This document shows positions 31,297 to 41,474 of a DNA stretch of 64,000 nt, piece by piece (the stretch's first letter is position 1; the number at the start of each line of letters is the position of its first letter). The stretch comes from an uncultured Spirochaetota bacterium (GTDB lineage Bacteria > Spirochaetota > Spirochaetia > SZUA-6 > Fen-1364). The stretch covers positions 32,001 through 96,000 of the forward strand of contig CAVUXE010000029.1 of assembly GCA_963745235.1 (NCBI GenBank), given 5' to 3'. The notes beneath the pieces are model-generated. The model worked only from the letters and a program-made list of their open reading frames with translations. It had not been told where the DNA came from and made no database searches. The position numbers and the translations under genes were made by a program.

Positions 31297-33126
31297 CTAC
31301 TTGCTGGTCTTGTTTTCAATGAACAGTGCGACTCTCCTGTTCTCCCATCGATCCTTGTAATCGCTGTCTGGCACGATCTGGTCGGAGGCTCCGACGCCGT
31401 CTGCCACGAACATTGCCGGCAGCAGACCCCTTTCGATCAGGGCGTCCTCGATTGCCTTGGCACGGGCCCGGGAGAGTGGCAACAACACATCCTGCTCCTC
31501 GATCTTTCCCAGGGTGGGGTTGTCCCAGTAGACCATGACCGCGTGGCCGACAATCTTGATGCTGTCAGACGGGAACTTCTTCAGCTTCTCAGCCATCGCA
31601 TCCAGGCGGGCCATGTTCTGCTTCGCTATATCCGGGGGAACATCCCGATAGTCAGCCGTATACGGTTTGAAGAATATGCGCGAGCTCTGGATCCTGTAGC
31701 CCTCCGACGTGTTGAAGACCAGGATGTCCACGGGCACATTGGTGGACAGTGCGCCAACGTTTCCGAAATCGTCCATCACATTGACCCTGACCGGATAATC
31801 CTCCGCGGACTCCACGAATGAACCGGAGGTGCTCTTGCCGTCCCAGATGGCGCGGTTCTCCGGCCACGTCCCTTTGAAAGTCCTGAACACGGTTCCCTCG
31901 GGAGAGATGATGTTCATGGTCCAGCTTCCGATGCCCGCAACCGGCGAGCTGGCCTCAACGGTCAGCGCTATGGTCTTGGAGGTTTCCTCCGGAGAGAAGA
32001 GCTTCTCGGACAGCGTGACCGTGCCGCTGGGCGGCGTGACGTCCAGGATGAACGGCCTGCTCATTGCTGGGGAGGAAGCCATCGCCGCGCCGTAGTCAAC
32101 GGAGAGGGACGCCGTATACGTCCCATCCGGGGCATACTGGCCCGAGGTGTCCCTGCCGTCCCACGTGAGTGACGCGGGGAGGTCGTTCGAATCCCCCGTG
32201 AATGTCTTCACGCCATTCTTGTCAGGGCCCGTCACCGTCACCGTCCACGCATGCACGCTCAGCGGATTCGCGAAAGTCAGGTAGAGCTGGATGTGCTTGT
32301 GTCCGGTCTCGCTCTTGGGGGAGAAGCCGTTGAGGTCCGCCTGGATGGCGTCCTGGCCTACCGGAACAGCAGCCGGCGCAATCTGCTCCTGCGCCGCCGA
32401 AGCAGTCACCGGGATGGACGCCTTGGCCACCCCGTCAAGACCGTACTCGTCACTGATGGTCGCGACAGCGGAATACGTCATTGAGGGCTGCACGTACGTC
32501 CCTGATGAACCCCTGCCGTCCCAGCTGACCGTGTGGTCCGGCCACGAACCATTGAAGGTCTGGAAGAGGTTGCCGTTCGAGTCAAATATCTTGATCGTCC
32601 AGGCGCTGATCTTCGCAAGCGGAGAGCTCGCGTCCACCGTCAGCGTCAAGGGTGACGTCATTCCCTGGGCCCCGGGGGTGAACTGAGAGGGATTGACCGA
32701 AAGTGACCCCACCGGCGCGGTGGTGTCGACCACGAAGCTCCCGCTTGTCGCGGTGGCCTTGGGGAGCTTGCCCGCATAATCGATGGAAAGTGACGCAGTG
32801 TAGCTGCCCTGATCAACGAGGGACCCCGCGTCGTTCTTTCCGTCCCAGCTCAGGGTAGCGGGGAGGTTCTTCCCGTCCCCCGTGAAGGTCTTGACGGCGC
32901 CGCCGGTCCCCATGACCGACAGGCTCCAGGTCTTCACGGCATCGCTGTTCCCGAATGACATTGTGAAAGCGATCGTATCGTGACCGGCGCCTGCGCCCGG
33001 GGCAAAGCCGGACGCATCCGCCCGAATCATGCTCTGTTCAGCGCTGACAGGCTTTGCAGTCTGACAGCCGGCAGAGACAATGACGGCGGCCGCCGCCAGG
33101 AGAAAGAATAAGGTCGATCTTCTCAT
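31297..33126 (-). CDS. Lipoprotein with repeated FlgD-like Ig domains and a C-terminal OmpA-like domain
   Basis: Lipobox VSAGC, four WDG-containing repeats, and C-terminal VGHA..LSRARAKAI..NRRV. Confidence 0.8.
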   Translation of the reverse strand: MRRSTLFFLLAAAAVIVSAGCQTAKPVSAEQSMIRADASGFAPGAGAGHDTIAFTMSFGNSDAVKTWSLSVMGTGGAVKTFTGDGKNLPATLSWDGKNDAGSLVDQGSYTASLSIDYAGKLPKATATSGSFVVDTTAPVGSLSVNPSQFTPGAQGMTSPLTLTVDASSPLAKISAWTIKIFDSNGNLFQTFNGSWPDHTVSWDGRGSSGTYVQPSMTYSAVATISDEYGLDGVAKASIPVTASAAQEQIAPAAVPVGQDAIQADLNGFSPKSETGHKHIQLYLTFANPLSVHAWTVTVTGPDKNGVKTFTGDSNDLPASLTWDGRDTSGQYAPDGTYTASLSVDYGAAMASSPAMSRPFILDVTPPSGTVTLSEKLFSPEETSKTIALTVEASSPVAGIGSWTMNIISPEGTVFRTFKGTWPENRAIWDGKSTSGSFVESAEDYPVRVNVMDDFGNVGALSTNVPVDILVFNTSEGYRIQSSRIFFKPYTADYRDVPPDIAKQNMARLDAMAEKLKKFPSDSIKIVGHAVMVYWDNPTLGKIEEQDVLLPLSRARAKAIEDALIERGLLPAMFVADGVGASDQIVPDSDYKDRWENRRVALFIENKTSK

Positions 33127-33316
33127 GAAATCCTCCTCATCGAGACTCGACACCTAAAAAATAGGGACGCGCCGCAACGCGCGGAAGTCAGTGGATGAAG
33201 GAATTCCATGTCGAGATATATGACGGCGCTGTCGAATTGTGATGACAGCGGCTACAACGCAGCTATTACGCTCCTGCCGTCACCCGGCGCGCAGCGCCCG
33301 TCCCTCTGCTCCAGGG

Positions 33317-33484
33317 TCACGTTGCCTGGATGTACTTCTTCGGATCCGCGTCGAAAGCGCGCGCGCAGCCCTGCGCGCAGAAGTAGTACGTTTTGCCTTC
33401 GTGGACCCGTGTCGCCACCGCGGTGGCGGGATCTATCATCATCCCGCACACGAGGTCCTTTACCTTTGTTGCCCCAGCGCTCAT
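33317..33484 (-). CDS. YHS-domain protein
   Basis: KDLVCGMMID...HEGKTYYFCAQGC..F..DPKKY. Confidence 0.88.
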   Translation of the reverse strand: MSAGATKVKDLVCGMMIDPATAVATRVHEGKTYYFCAQGCARAFDADPKKYIQAT

Positions 33485-33495
33485 GCCGCCCCCCT

Positions 33496-33770
33496 TCATC
33501 TCTCGAGATACTTCTCGAGTATCATCGTGATCTCGTCGATCTTTTCGCTCCCTTGTTCGTCATGATGGCATCCTTCACGCACGTGTTCATGTGCTGCTTG
33601 AGGATGACGATGTTCGCCTTCTTCAGAAGGGCGATGGACGCGTGCACCTGCTTGGAAACGTCGATGCAGTACCTGTCTTCCTCCACCATGCGGAGAATGG
33701 CATCCATCTGTCCGCGCGCGGTCTTCAGCAGGTCGATCGCTTTCTGGCTGTCATGGCTTCCATGATCCAT
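33496..33770 (-). CDS. csoR: CsoR/RcnR-family copper-sensing repressor (frameshift near C-terminus)
   Basis: [23 protein letters not shown] gives the C-H-C ligands. Confidence 0.88.
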
Positions 33771-36251
33771 GCGCGTTCCCCTCCCTCGTGATCCTGAATC
33801 TGCGCAGCCGCAGCGCGTTGCTCACCACCGACACGGAGCTCAACGACATTGCCGCGGCTGCGAAGATGGGATTGAGAAGCGGGCCGCCGAAAACATGCAG
33901 CAGCCCCGCCGCGACTGGGATTCCCAGGACGTTGTAGCAGAACGCCCAGAAGAGGTTCTGCTTGATGGTGCGGATGGTGGCCCTGCTCAGATGGATGGCT
34001 CCCGCCACGTCCATGAGATCGCTCTTCATGAGCACGATGTCCGCTGACTCGATTGCCACATCCGTGCCCGAGCCGATGGCAATCCCGATGTCTGCCTGGG
34101 CCAGCGCCGCGGCGTCGTTGATGCCGTCTCCGACCATTGCCACCCGGCTTCCCTCCTCCTGGAGCCTCTTTACCAGCGTCGGCCTTTTCCTGCGGCAGCA
34201 CCTCGGCCAACACCCGGTCCACGCCGACCTGTCGCGGCAATTGCCTGCGCGGTCCTCTCGTTATCCCCCGTGAGCATGACGACCTCCAGGCCCATGTCGC
34301 GCAGCGCGCGCGATGGCGCGGGGCGCTGGACTCTTTCGGAACATCGGCCACGGCAATCATCCCGGCGGCGGCGCCGTCCACGGCCACGAACATGGGCGTC
34401 TTCCCGTCCTCCGCGAGCCGGGCTCGACACACCGGCGAGCGGTCCGAGGGGGATCCCTTTGTCGCTCATCAGCTTTTCGTTTCCAAGAAGAAGGGCCTTT
34501 CCGTCGATGCGCGCCTCGATGCCCAGGCCGGGGATGGCCTGGAACGTCTCCAGGGCCAGAAGGCTGAGCCCCTTGCGCTCGGCGCTCTGCACGATCGCGT
34601 CTCCCAGGGGATGCTCAGAGCCCTTCTCCGCGGATGCGGCCAACTGCAGAAGGACATTCTCATCCAGCCCGTTGGCCAGGGCAATATCGGTCACCACGGG
34701 CCTGCCCTCCGTGACCGTTCCCGTCTTGTCCAGCACCACAGTCTGCACGCGGTGCGTTGCCTCCAGCGCGGCTCCGCCCTTGATGAGGATCCCTTCCTCG
34801 GCGCCTTTTCCCGTGCCCACCATGATGGCGGTGGGAGTGGCAAGGCCGAGGGCGCACGGGCAGGCAATGACGAGCACTGCCGTGAAAATGGTCATGCTGA
34901 ATGCCACGCTCTGGCCGGAGATGAGCCATGCGGCTCCTGCCGCCAGGGCGATGAGGATCACGATGGGAACGAAATACCCCGAGACGATGTCAGCAAGCTG
35001 GGCGATGGGCGCTTTCGACCCCTGCGCCTGCTCCACGAGCTTGATGATTTGCGCGAGGGCCGTGTCGCTGCCGACCCGGGTCGCGCGGAAGGTGATGGCG
35101 CCGTTCTTGTTGAGGCTGGCGCCCGTGACCTGGTCGCCGACCTTCTTCTCCACAGGGATGCTCTCACCGGTCAGCATCGACTCGTCCACCGACGTGTAGC
35201 CGTCCATTACCACCCCATCCACGGGGACCTTCTCTCCGGGGTGCACCCGCAGGATGTCACCGACCTCCACCTCTGAGATCGGGGTCTCTGTTTCTTTCCC
35301 GTCATGGATCACCGTGGCCGTCTTGGGGGCAAGTCCCATCAGCTTCTTGATGGCCTGCGACGTCTTTCCCTTGGAGACGGTCTCCAGCGTCTTTCCGAGC
35401 ATGATCAGGGTGAGGATGACCGCGGCAGTCTCGAAGTAGAGATTCTTCACCGCCTCCAGATCTCCCAGGGCGATCCGGACCGCGCTGTACACGCTGTACA
35501 GGACCGCGGCCGCGGTCCCGATGGCGATCAGGGAATCCATGTTCGGCGCCCGGTGCCAGAGCGCTTTTGCGCCGACCCTGTAGAACCTGCTTCCCGCGAT
35601 TATGGCTGGAATCACAAGGATCATCTGTGCCACCGCATAGCTGAACGGGAACCGCATCGGATTCAGAAAAGCGGGGAGGGGAATACGGGCCCCCGGGATC
35701 ATGTGCACCAGCGCCAGGTAGAGCAGGGGGACAGAGGCGGAAGCGGCGACGATGAACCGTGTCCACATGACGCGAATCTCGCGCTCCTTGCGCTCAGCAT
35801 CGTGATCCACGATGTCCCCGGCGTCGATCTCGCGGGGCGTGTAGCCGGCATCGCTGATGGCTTTCTTGATTCCCGACAGCCTCACTTTCGCCGGATCATA
35901 GGTGACATCTGCCTTCTCCGTTGCAAGGTTGACTGCCACCGTGGTCACTCCGTCCAGCTTGCTGACGGCTTTCTCGATGTTGGCAACGCAGGACGCGCAG
36001 CTCATTCCCTCGATGGGTATGGTGACGCGCTTTGTCTCCTCCGCCCGCTCGAGGCCGTACCCCGCGTCTTGCACGGCCTTCTGGACAGCATCGAACGTCA
36101 CCTGGCCTTCATCGTATTCCAGGTGGAGCTTTTCCGTTGCCAGGTTCACGTTGGCCGTCTTCACCCCGGAGAGCTGGCCAAGAACCTTTTCCACTCGCGC
36201 TGAGCAGGAGGCGCACGTCATCCCGGTTACCGCTATCTCTTCAACCTTCAT
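33751..36251 (-). CDS. copA: Copper-translocating P1B-type ATPase (frameshifts at ~34150-34430)
   Basis: Two GMxCASC HMA domains, [29 protein letters not shown] and [14 protein letters not shown]. Confidence 0.93.
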
Positions 36252-36298
36252 TTGTCGCCCTTCATCTTTCGCCTTCTTCAAATTTATCACCCGGATTG

Positions 36299-36326
36299 AC
36301 CCCTCCCCCCATGGGGAGGGGGTATG
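36299..36326 (-). promoter_or_regulatory. Putative CsoR operator just downstream of the copA promoter
   Basis: G/C-tract palindrome CATACCCCCTCCCCATGGGGGGAGGGG on the minus strand, after TTGACG-17-TAAGTT. Confidence 0.7.
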
Positions 36327-36373
36327 TGCATAACTTACACCACCTCTTTTCCGGCGTCAAGCCTTTTCGGAGT

Positions 36374-37111
36374 CTATGCGAACCACTCCCACATTCCGTT
36401 GCCGCCCTGGGCTGCCGCGCCGCGGATGTAGTCCCGTTGAGCCCGCGCCTCCATGCGGTAGGCTTCGGTTGCTATTCGCATGTTCTGCGCGGACGGGGCC
36501 GCGGTGCCAACTGCCTGCATGACTTCCTGGGCAGTCCTCATGGCAGCTAAAGCGTCGCCGGAGGGGTACCCCATGGCTCCGTGCGCAGGGGCAGAGACAG
36601 CGAAAGATCCACCCGGCTTGGCGGGTGGGGTCAGGCCTGAAAGCAGGGCCGAGGTCTCCCGGCCCGCCTGTTCGGTCTCGAGGAGCCGGGCGCCTGCGGG
36701 CGGCAGCGCTCCGGCTGGGGCCGCCTGGGCGCCGGCGCGAGGCGCCTCACGCCGAGGCGCGAACTCGGGAGGAGCGGGAGCAGCGAAGGCCCTTTGCCCG
36801 GGGCCCATGAGGGTGGAAAGAAGTGTTGAAGTCTCCCTGCCGGCCTGCATGCTCTCCAGGAGAGGCACATTCAGTTGCCGCCCGGGCGCAGTCGGGAAAG
36901 CAGCCGGTGCCTGAAAGAAGGACAGATTCGGGCCAGGAAGCGTCGACAGCAGGGCTGAAGTCTCTCTTCCTGTCTGCATCATCTCCTGGAGCCGGGCGTT
37001 GAGCTTCGGAGAAGGAAATGGGCCCGTCTGACTGGCCGCCTGATCCTGCCGACGAGGTGCGACCGGGTCCGGTCGCATGGGAATTGTCGCAATGGGGTCT
37101 ACCATGATCAC
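36374..37111 (-). CDS. Hypothetical Pro/Ala-rich protein with 3 internal repeats and a SprA-related C-terminal motif
   Basis: Three L.E..Q.GRETS.LLS.L repeats and C-terminal APSAQNMRIATEAYRMEARA. GAGAGG RBS. Confidence 0.6.
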   Translation of the reverse strand: MIMVDPIATIPMRPDPVAPRRQDQAASQTGPFPSPKLNARLQEMMQTGRETSALLSTLPGPNLSFFQAPAAFPTAPGRQLNVPLLESMQAGRETSTLLSTLMGPGQRAFAAPAPPEFAPRREAPRAGAQAAPAGALPPAGARLLETEQAGRETSALLSGLTPPAKPGGSFAVSAPAHGAMGYPSGDALAAMRTAQEVMQAVGTAAPSAQNMRIATEAYRMEARAQRDYIRGAAAQGGNGMWEWFA

Positions 37112-37166
37112 CCCCTCTCTCTCAATAATACCACCGAAACGGCCGTCCGGTGGCGCGAAAAACGCG

Positions 37167-38217
37167 TCAGGTCACGAAGTGGCAGGCTACCCTGTGCCCC
37201 GGCGAGACCTCCTTGAGGGGAGGCTTCTCGTGAGTGCAGATGTCTTTTTCCAGGGGGCATCTGCCCACAAAGGGGCACCCGGTCGGAGCGCGCGTGGGGT
37301 TGAACGGGTTTCCCGCTGCCGCGCCGCGGTCCGGCAATCTGCCGCCAATCCGCGGAATGGCGCTGTAGAGGAGTTGAGAATACGGGTGGAGGGGGGTGCG
37401 CGCCAGGTCCGCGGCGGGCGCCTCCTCCATCATGCTCCCACCGTAGAGAACGCCGATCCGATCCGCCATGTACGAAACAACAGTGAGGTCGTGGGCGATA
37501 AAGAGGATGCTCAGGTTGAACTGCCTTTTCAGATCGGCAAGGAGATTGAGGATCTGGCCCTGGATGGAGACGTCCAAGGCGCTGACGACCTCGTCGCAGA
37601 TCAGGGCTCTCGGGCCGCTGAACAAAGCGCGGGCAAGGGAGATGCGCTGGCGCTGCCCTCCCGAAAACTCGGACGGCCGCCTCTGGAGGTCCGCCGCCCG
37701 CAGCCCCACCGCCTGCATGAGCTCCACGGCCCTGGCCTTGAGAGCGGCCGCGGTGGACCCTTGCCCGTTGTATTTTGCCCCCGCGCAAAGGATGTTGAGG
37801 ACGCTCATCCGGGGATCCAGGGAGGAGGAGGGGTCCTGGAAGACGTACTTGACGTCGGCGCGCAGCCGCCGCAGGAGCTGCGGATTGTGTTGGTCAATCT
37901 CCCACAAGGCGGGCGCCGCCGGCGCCACGCTCATCCGGGCCGGGGGAGTAGCGTATGGTACCCGAGGTGTGCGGCGCCAGCTGAACGATGCAGCGCGCAA
38001 TTGTGGTCTTCCCTGACCCCGACTCTCCCACCAGGCCGTACGTCTCCCCGCGAAGGATAGCGAAGCTCACGCCGTTCACGGCCCATACCCACCGCCCGGC
38101 AGAGGCGAAGAGGCCTGCTTCCAGCTTGAAGACCTTCCTCAGGTCATCCACGCGGATGAGGGCGTCCACGGACTGCGCCTCTGCCTTGGTTCCTGTCCGG
38201 GCAAGGCTCTGGTTCAT
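37167..38217 (-). CDS. oppF: Oligopeptide/dipeptide ABC ATP-binding subunit (OppF-like), frameshifts near 37950-37990
   Basis: [33 protein letters not shown] and C-terminal Cys motifs. Confidence 0.88.
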
Positions 38218-39320
38218 TTCTTGACTCCCGGGAAGACGCAACGGTACGCGGTCTGATCGATGACCCCGACGGCGTCGGCCGGGACCTGCCTGCCGTCCTG
38301 GTCGCGCACCAGCGGCGGGATTGCGGCCCGGCACTCGTCCGCGGCCAGGGGACAGCGCGGCGCGAACGGGCAGCCCGGCTCGGGGCGTGTCGGATCGGGG
38401 ACTGAGCCCTGAATCGTAATGAGCTTTTCCCTGCTGTAGTGATTGCCCCAGGCGGGAAGTGCGTTCAAGAGCGCGCGCGTGTAGGGGCTTCTGGGCCGTG
38501 CCAGGACTTCCTGGGCAGGCCCCGTTTCCACCACCAGGCCGGCGTACATCACGAGGATCCTGTCAGCGATCAGTCCGACAAGGCTGAGGTTGTGAGAGAT
38601 GAAGATGAGCGAGAGCCGCCGGCGTGTCTGCAGCTCTTTCAGGAGCGCAACGATCTCAGCCTGGATGGTGACGTCGAGGGCCGTTGTCGGCTCATCCGCG
38701 ATGAGGAGCTGGGGATCGTTGGCCAGGGCAAGCGCGATCATGATCCTCTGGAGCATCCCTCCCGAAAACTGGTGCGGGAAGCTCTTCAGGCGGTCTTCGG
38801 CGCGCGGGACATGGACCTCTGAAAGAAGGAGAGCAGCCCTGGCGCGGCACTCCGCCGGCGACATCCCGGGGTCCTTCACCCGCAGCGTCTCCTCGAAAGT
38901 CTTTCCGATGCTGTAGATGGGATCGAAGGATCTGCTGGGCTCCTGGAAGATCATGGAGACGACGGTCCCGCGCATCGCCCGCAGCTGCGAGGGAGCCAGG
39001 GAACGCACATCCTGCCCGTTGAGCAGGATGCTTCCTTTCACCGCGGCATCCCGCCCCAGGAGCCCCAGGGCCGCCAGGGCGCTCACGCTTTTTCCGGATC
39101 CTGACTCGCCAACGATTCCCAGGCATTCCCCTCGTCGAAGCGCGAAATCCACGCCGCGAACCGCCTGGATGGCGCCGTCTCCGGACGGAAAATCCACCGT
39201 CAGGCCACGTGCTTCGAGCGCCGTCTCTCTCGAAGCGCCTGCGGCGACGGGAGCGCCTGCGGCGACGGGAGCGCCTGCGGCGACGGGAGCGCCTGCGGCG
39301 ACGGCCTTCAGCTCAGCCAC
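38214..39320 (-). CDS. oppD: Oligopeptide/dipeptide ABC ATP-binding subunit (OppD-like)
   Basis: [33 protein letters not shown] and GCPFAPRC. Confidence 0.92.
   Translation of the reverse strand: MAELKAVAAGAPVAAGAPVAAGAPVAAGASRETALEARGLTVDFPSGDGAIQAVRGVDFALRRGECLGIVGESGSGKSVSALAALGLLGRDAAVKGSILLNGQDVRSLAPSQLRAMRGTVVSMIFQEPSRSFDPIYSIGKTFEETLRVKDPGMSPAECRARAALLLSEVHVPRAEDRLKSFPHQFSGGMLQRIMIALALANDPQLLIADEPTTALDVTIQAEIVALLKELQTRRRLSLIFISHNLSLVGLIADRILVMYAGLVVETGPAQEVLARPRSPYTRALLNALPAWGNHYSREKLITIQGSVPDPTRPEPGCPFAPRCPLAADECRAAIPPLVRDQDGRQVPADAVGVIDQTAYRCVFPGVKK
39234..39304. repeat. 18-bp coding tandem repeat (~4 copies)
   Basis: AGCGCCTGCGGCGACGGG units encoding VAAGAP repeats at the OppD N-terminus. 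Confidence 0.9.
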
Positions 39321-40395
39321 GGCGGGTCTCCCTCCAGTTCGGGTCCGCGACGTCCCTCAGGAGCTCCCCCAGAAAATTGAAGGCCAGGGCAATGATGATG
39401 AGGAAGAGGCCCGGAGTGAAAAGCCAGGGGAACTGGACCAGGTTCGTGATGGTGGTGGCGTCCCGGCTGATCATGCTGCCCCAGCTCACCGCGGGGTCCA
39501 CGATCCCCAGGCCCAGGTAGGAGAGTGCCGTCTCTCCGAGGATGAACCCGGGGATGCCGAGGGTGACGCTGATGATGAGGATGGAAGCCATCTGCGGGAT
39601 GATGTGCCGGAAAAGGATGGCTCTCGCGGGCATGGACTCCAGCTCCGCGTTCGCCACGAAATCGTTTCGCTTGATCGCATGGACCATGCCGCGGATCATC
39701 CGCGCCGTGCCCGGCCAGCCCACCGCGGAGAGGATCAGCGTGATGATGGCGTATGACTGGCCCGAGTTCAGGTTCGTGCTGAGGATGGAGCGGAGAAAGA
39801 GAATCAGGTAAAGGCCGGGGATCAGGATGATGAACTCCGCAAGCCGCATGACCATCCAGTCCCAGAGCCCCCCGAAATATCCAGCCAACCCTCCCAGGAA
39901 CAGGGCGATGAAGAGAGAGACTGCCACCGCCACGAACCCGATTGTCAGGGAGATCCGTGAGCCGTACAGCAGCCTGCTGAAGATGTCCCGCCCGAGGTTG
40001 TCCGTGCCGAGGAGAAACACAGGTTCAGCTTCCCCCCCGGGGTTCGAGTACCTGGCCGTGCCGAACAGGTGATGCCGGAAGGGAATGAGCCCCCAGAGCT
40101 TCGCGTCCGGTCCGACGGCAAACAGATACACCGGAGTGTAATGCCCTTCCAGACCTGCGTACTGGCGCGTGATGTCATTGATCAGGACGAGGGTCTGAAC
40201 CTGCGGCCGAAAGCCGAGGGTGGGGGAATACAGCTGCAGGGAAGGAGGCTGGTCCGAATGGCTTCCGAACTGGTCGTTGGGCCCATATGGCGCCAGGAAC
40301 TCGCAGAAGATCATGCCGAGGTACAGGACGATGAGGACAAAGAAGGAGACGAGCGCTATCGGCCTTCTTCGCATGGCGCTCCAGAATCTTTTCAT
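39313..40395 (-). CDS. oppC: Peptide ABC permease (OppC-like)
   Basis: LGTDNLGRDIFSRLLYGSRISL, HIIPQ, ALSYLGLG and ELLRDVADP. Confidence 0.92.
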   Translation of the reverse strand: MKRFWSAMRRRPIALVSFFVLIVLYLGMIFCEFLAPYGPNDQFGSHSDQPPSLQLYSPTLGFRPQVQTLVLINDITRQYAGLEGHYTPVYLFAVGPDAKLWGLIPFRHHLFGTARYSNPGGEAEPVFLLGTDNLGRDIFSRLLYGSRISLTIGFVAVAVSLFIALFLGGLAGYFGGLWDWMVMRLAEFIILIPGLYLILFLRSILSTNLNSGQSYAIITLILSAVGWPGTARMIRGMVHAIKRNDFVANAELESMPARAILFRHIIPQMASILIISVTLGIPGFILGETALSYLGLGIVDPAVSWGSMISRDATTITNLVQFPWLFTPGLFLIIIALAFNFLGELLRDVADPNWRETRRG

Positions 40396-41474
40396 TCGCG
40401 CGAGTACCTGATGCGGGGGTCAACGAGGGCCAGCGCCACGTCGGAGATCAGCATCCCGACGAGAATGAGGAAGCTGATGAACATGATGTTGGTCAGCACG
40501 AGGTTGATATCCTTCTGCATCACTGATTCGTACATGAGCCGCCCGATCCCTGGATAGGAGAAAATGATCTCCAGGAACAACGAACCGGAAAAGAGGTCCG
40601 CCAGCAGGGTGGAGGAGCTTGTGATGAACGGGTTCATCGTGTTGCGAAACGCGTGATTGAAAAGGATCCTTCGCTCGGAAACCCCCCGGGAGCGCAGGGC
40701 CGTGATGTAGGGCTGTCCGAGCTGATCCAGCATCGTGGCGCGGATCAGGCGGAGCGATCCGCCGATGCCGCCCAGGAATGCGCCGATGAGCGGAAGGATG
40801 ATATGGTAGAGATAGGAGAACGTGAACCCGAGCGGATTGCCGTCGAAGCTTTCCGTCGGGTAGGCCGTCACGGGGAAGATCCCCGTTGCCGAGGCGAACA
40901 TCTGCAGGAGGATGAGCAGAAGGATTCCCGGGAACGCGTTGAGGAACAGGCTGACGAAAGCCACGACGGGATCGATCCGCGAGCCCGCCTTTGAAGAGAA
41001 ATAGATGCCCAGCGCAAACGAGATGATGGTGAGGAAGACCAGCTCGATGAGGTTGAGGATGATCGAGTTGAGCATCCGGGTGCCCACCAGGTAGAGCACG
41101 GGTGCTCGCGAGATGAGCGACCTCCCGAGGTCGTGCTCCACGAATATCTGGTGGAGCCAGTGAAAGTACTGGAGGTAGAAGGGTCTGTCCAGCCACAGGC
41201 GGTGCTTCGCCTCCTGGATCTGCGTTTCGGTCAGCGTGTTCGTGTTGGACTGGAAGCCCTTGGTCTGAAGGATCAGGCTCCGCGCGTAGTTGTCAACGAT
41301 ATCACCGGGAGAGAGGGACATCAGGCCAAAGACGCCGAGGCCCAGGAGGAACAGCATCAGCACCATGGTGGTGAATCTGCCGGTGAGGAACGTGGCCAGG
41401 GGATGCCGTTGGCGAAGCTTCGCGAGGCTGAACGGCGTCCGCGCGGTGGAGCGTGCCGACTCAGGGGTGCTCAT
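40392..41474 (-). CDS. oppB: Peptide ABC permease (OppB-like)
   Basis: SPGD, DLGRS, YITALRSRG..HAFRN, IFSYPGIG and DPRIR. Confidence 0.92.
   Translation of the reverse strand: MSTPESARSTARTPFSLAKLRQRHPLATFLTGRFTTMVLMLFLLGLGVFGLMSLSPGDIVDNYARSLILQTKGFQSNTNTLTETQIQEAKHRLWLDRPFYLQYFHWLHQIFVEHDLGRSLISRAPVLYLVGTRMLNSIILNLIELVFLTIISFALGIYFSSKAGSRIDPVVAFVSLFLNAFPGILLLILLQMFASATGIFPVTAYPTESFDGNPLGFTFSYLYHIILPLIGAFLGGIGGSLRLIRATMLDQLGQPYITALRSRGVSERRILFNHAFRNTMNPFITSSSTLLADLFSGSLFLEIIFSYPGIGRLMYESVMQKDINLVLTNIMFISFLILVGMLISDVALALVDPRIRYSRE

Noticed and set aside
39234-39304. Possible CRISPR array
   Set aside because: Head-to-tail repeats without spacers, inside a CDS, and no cas genes.
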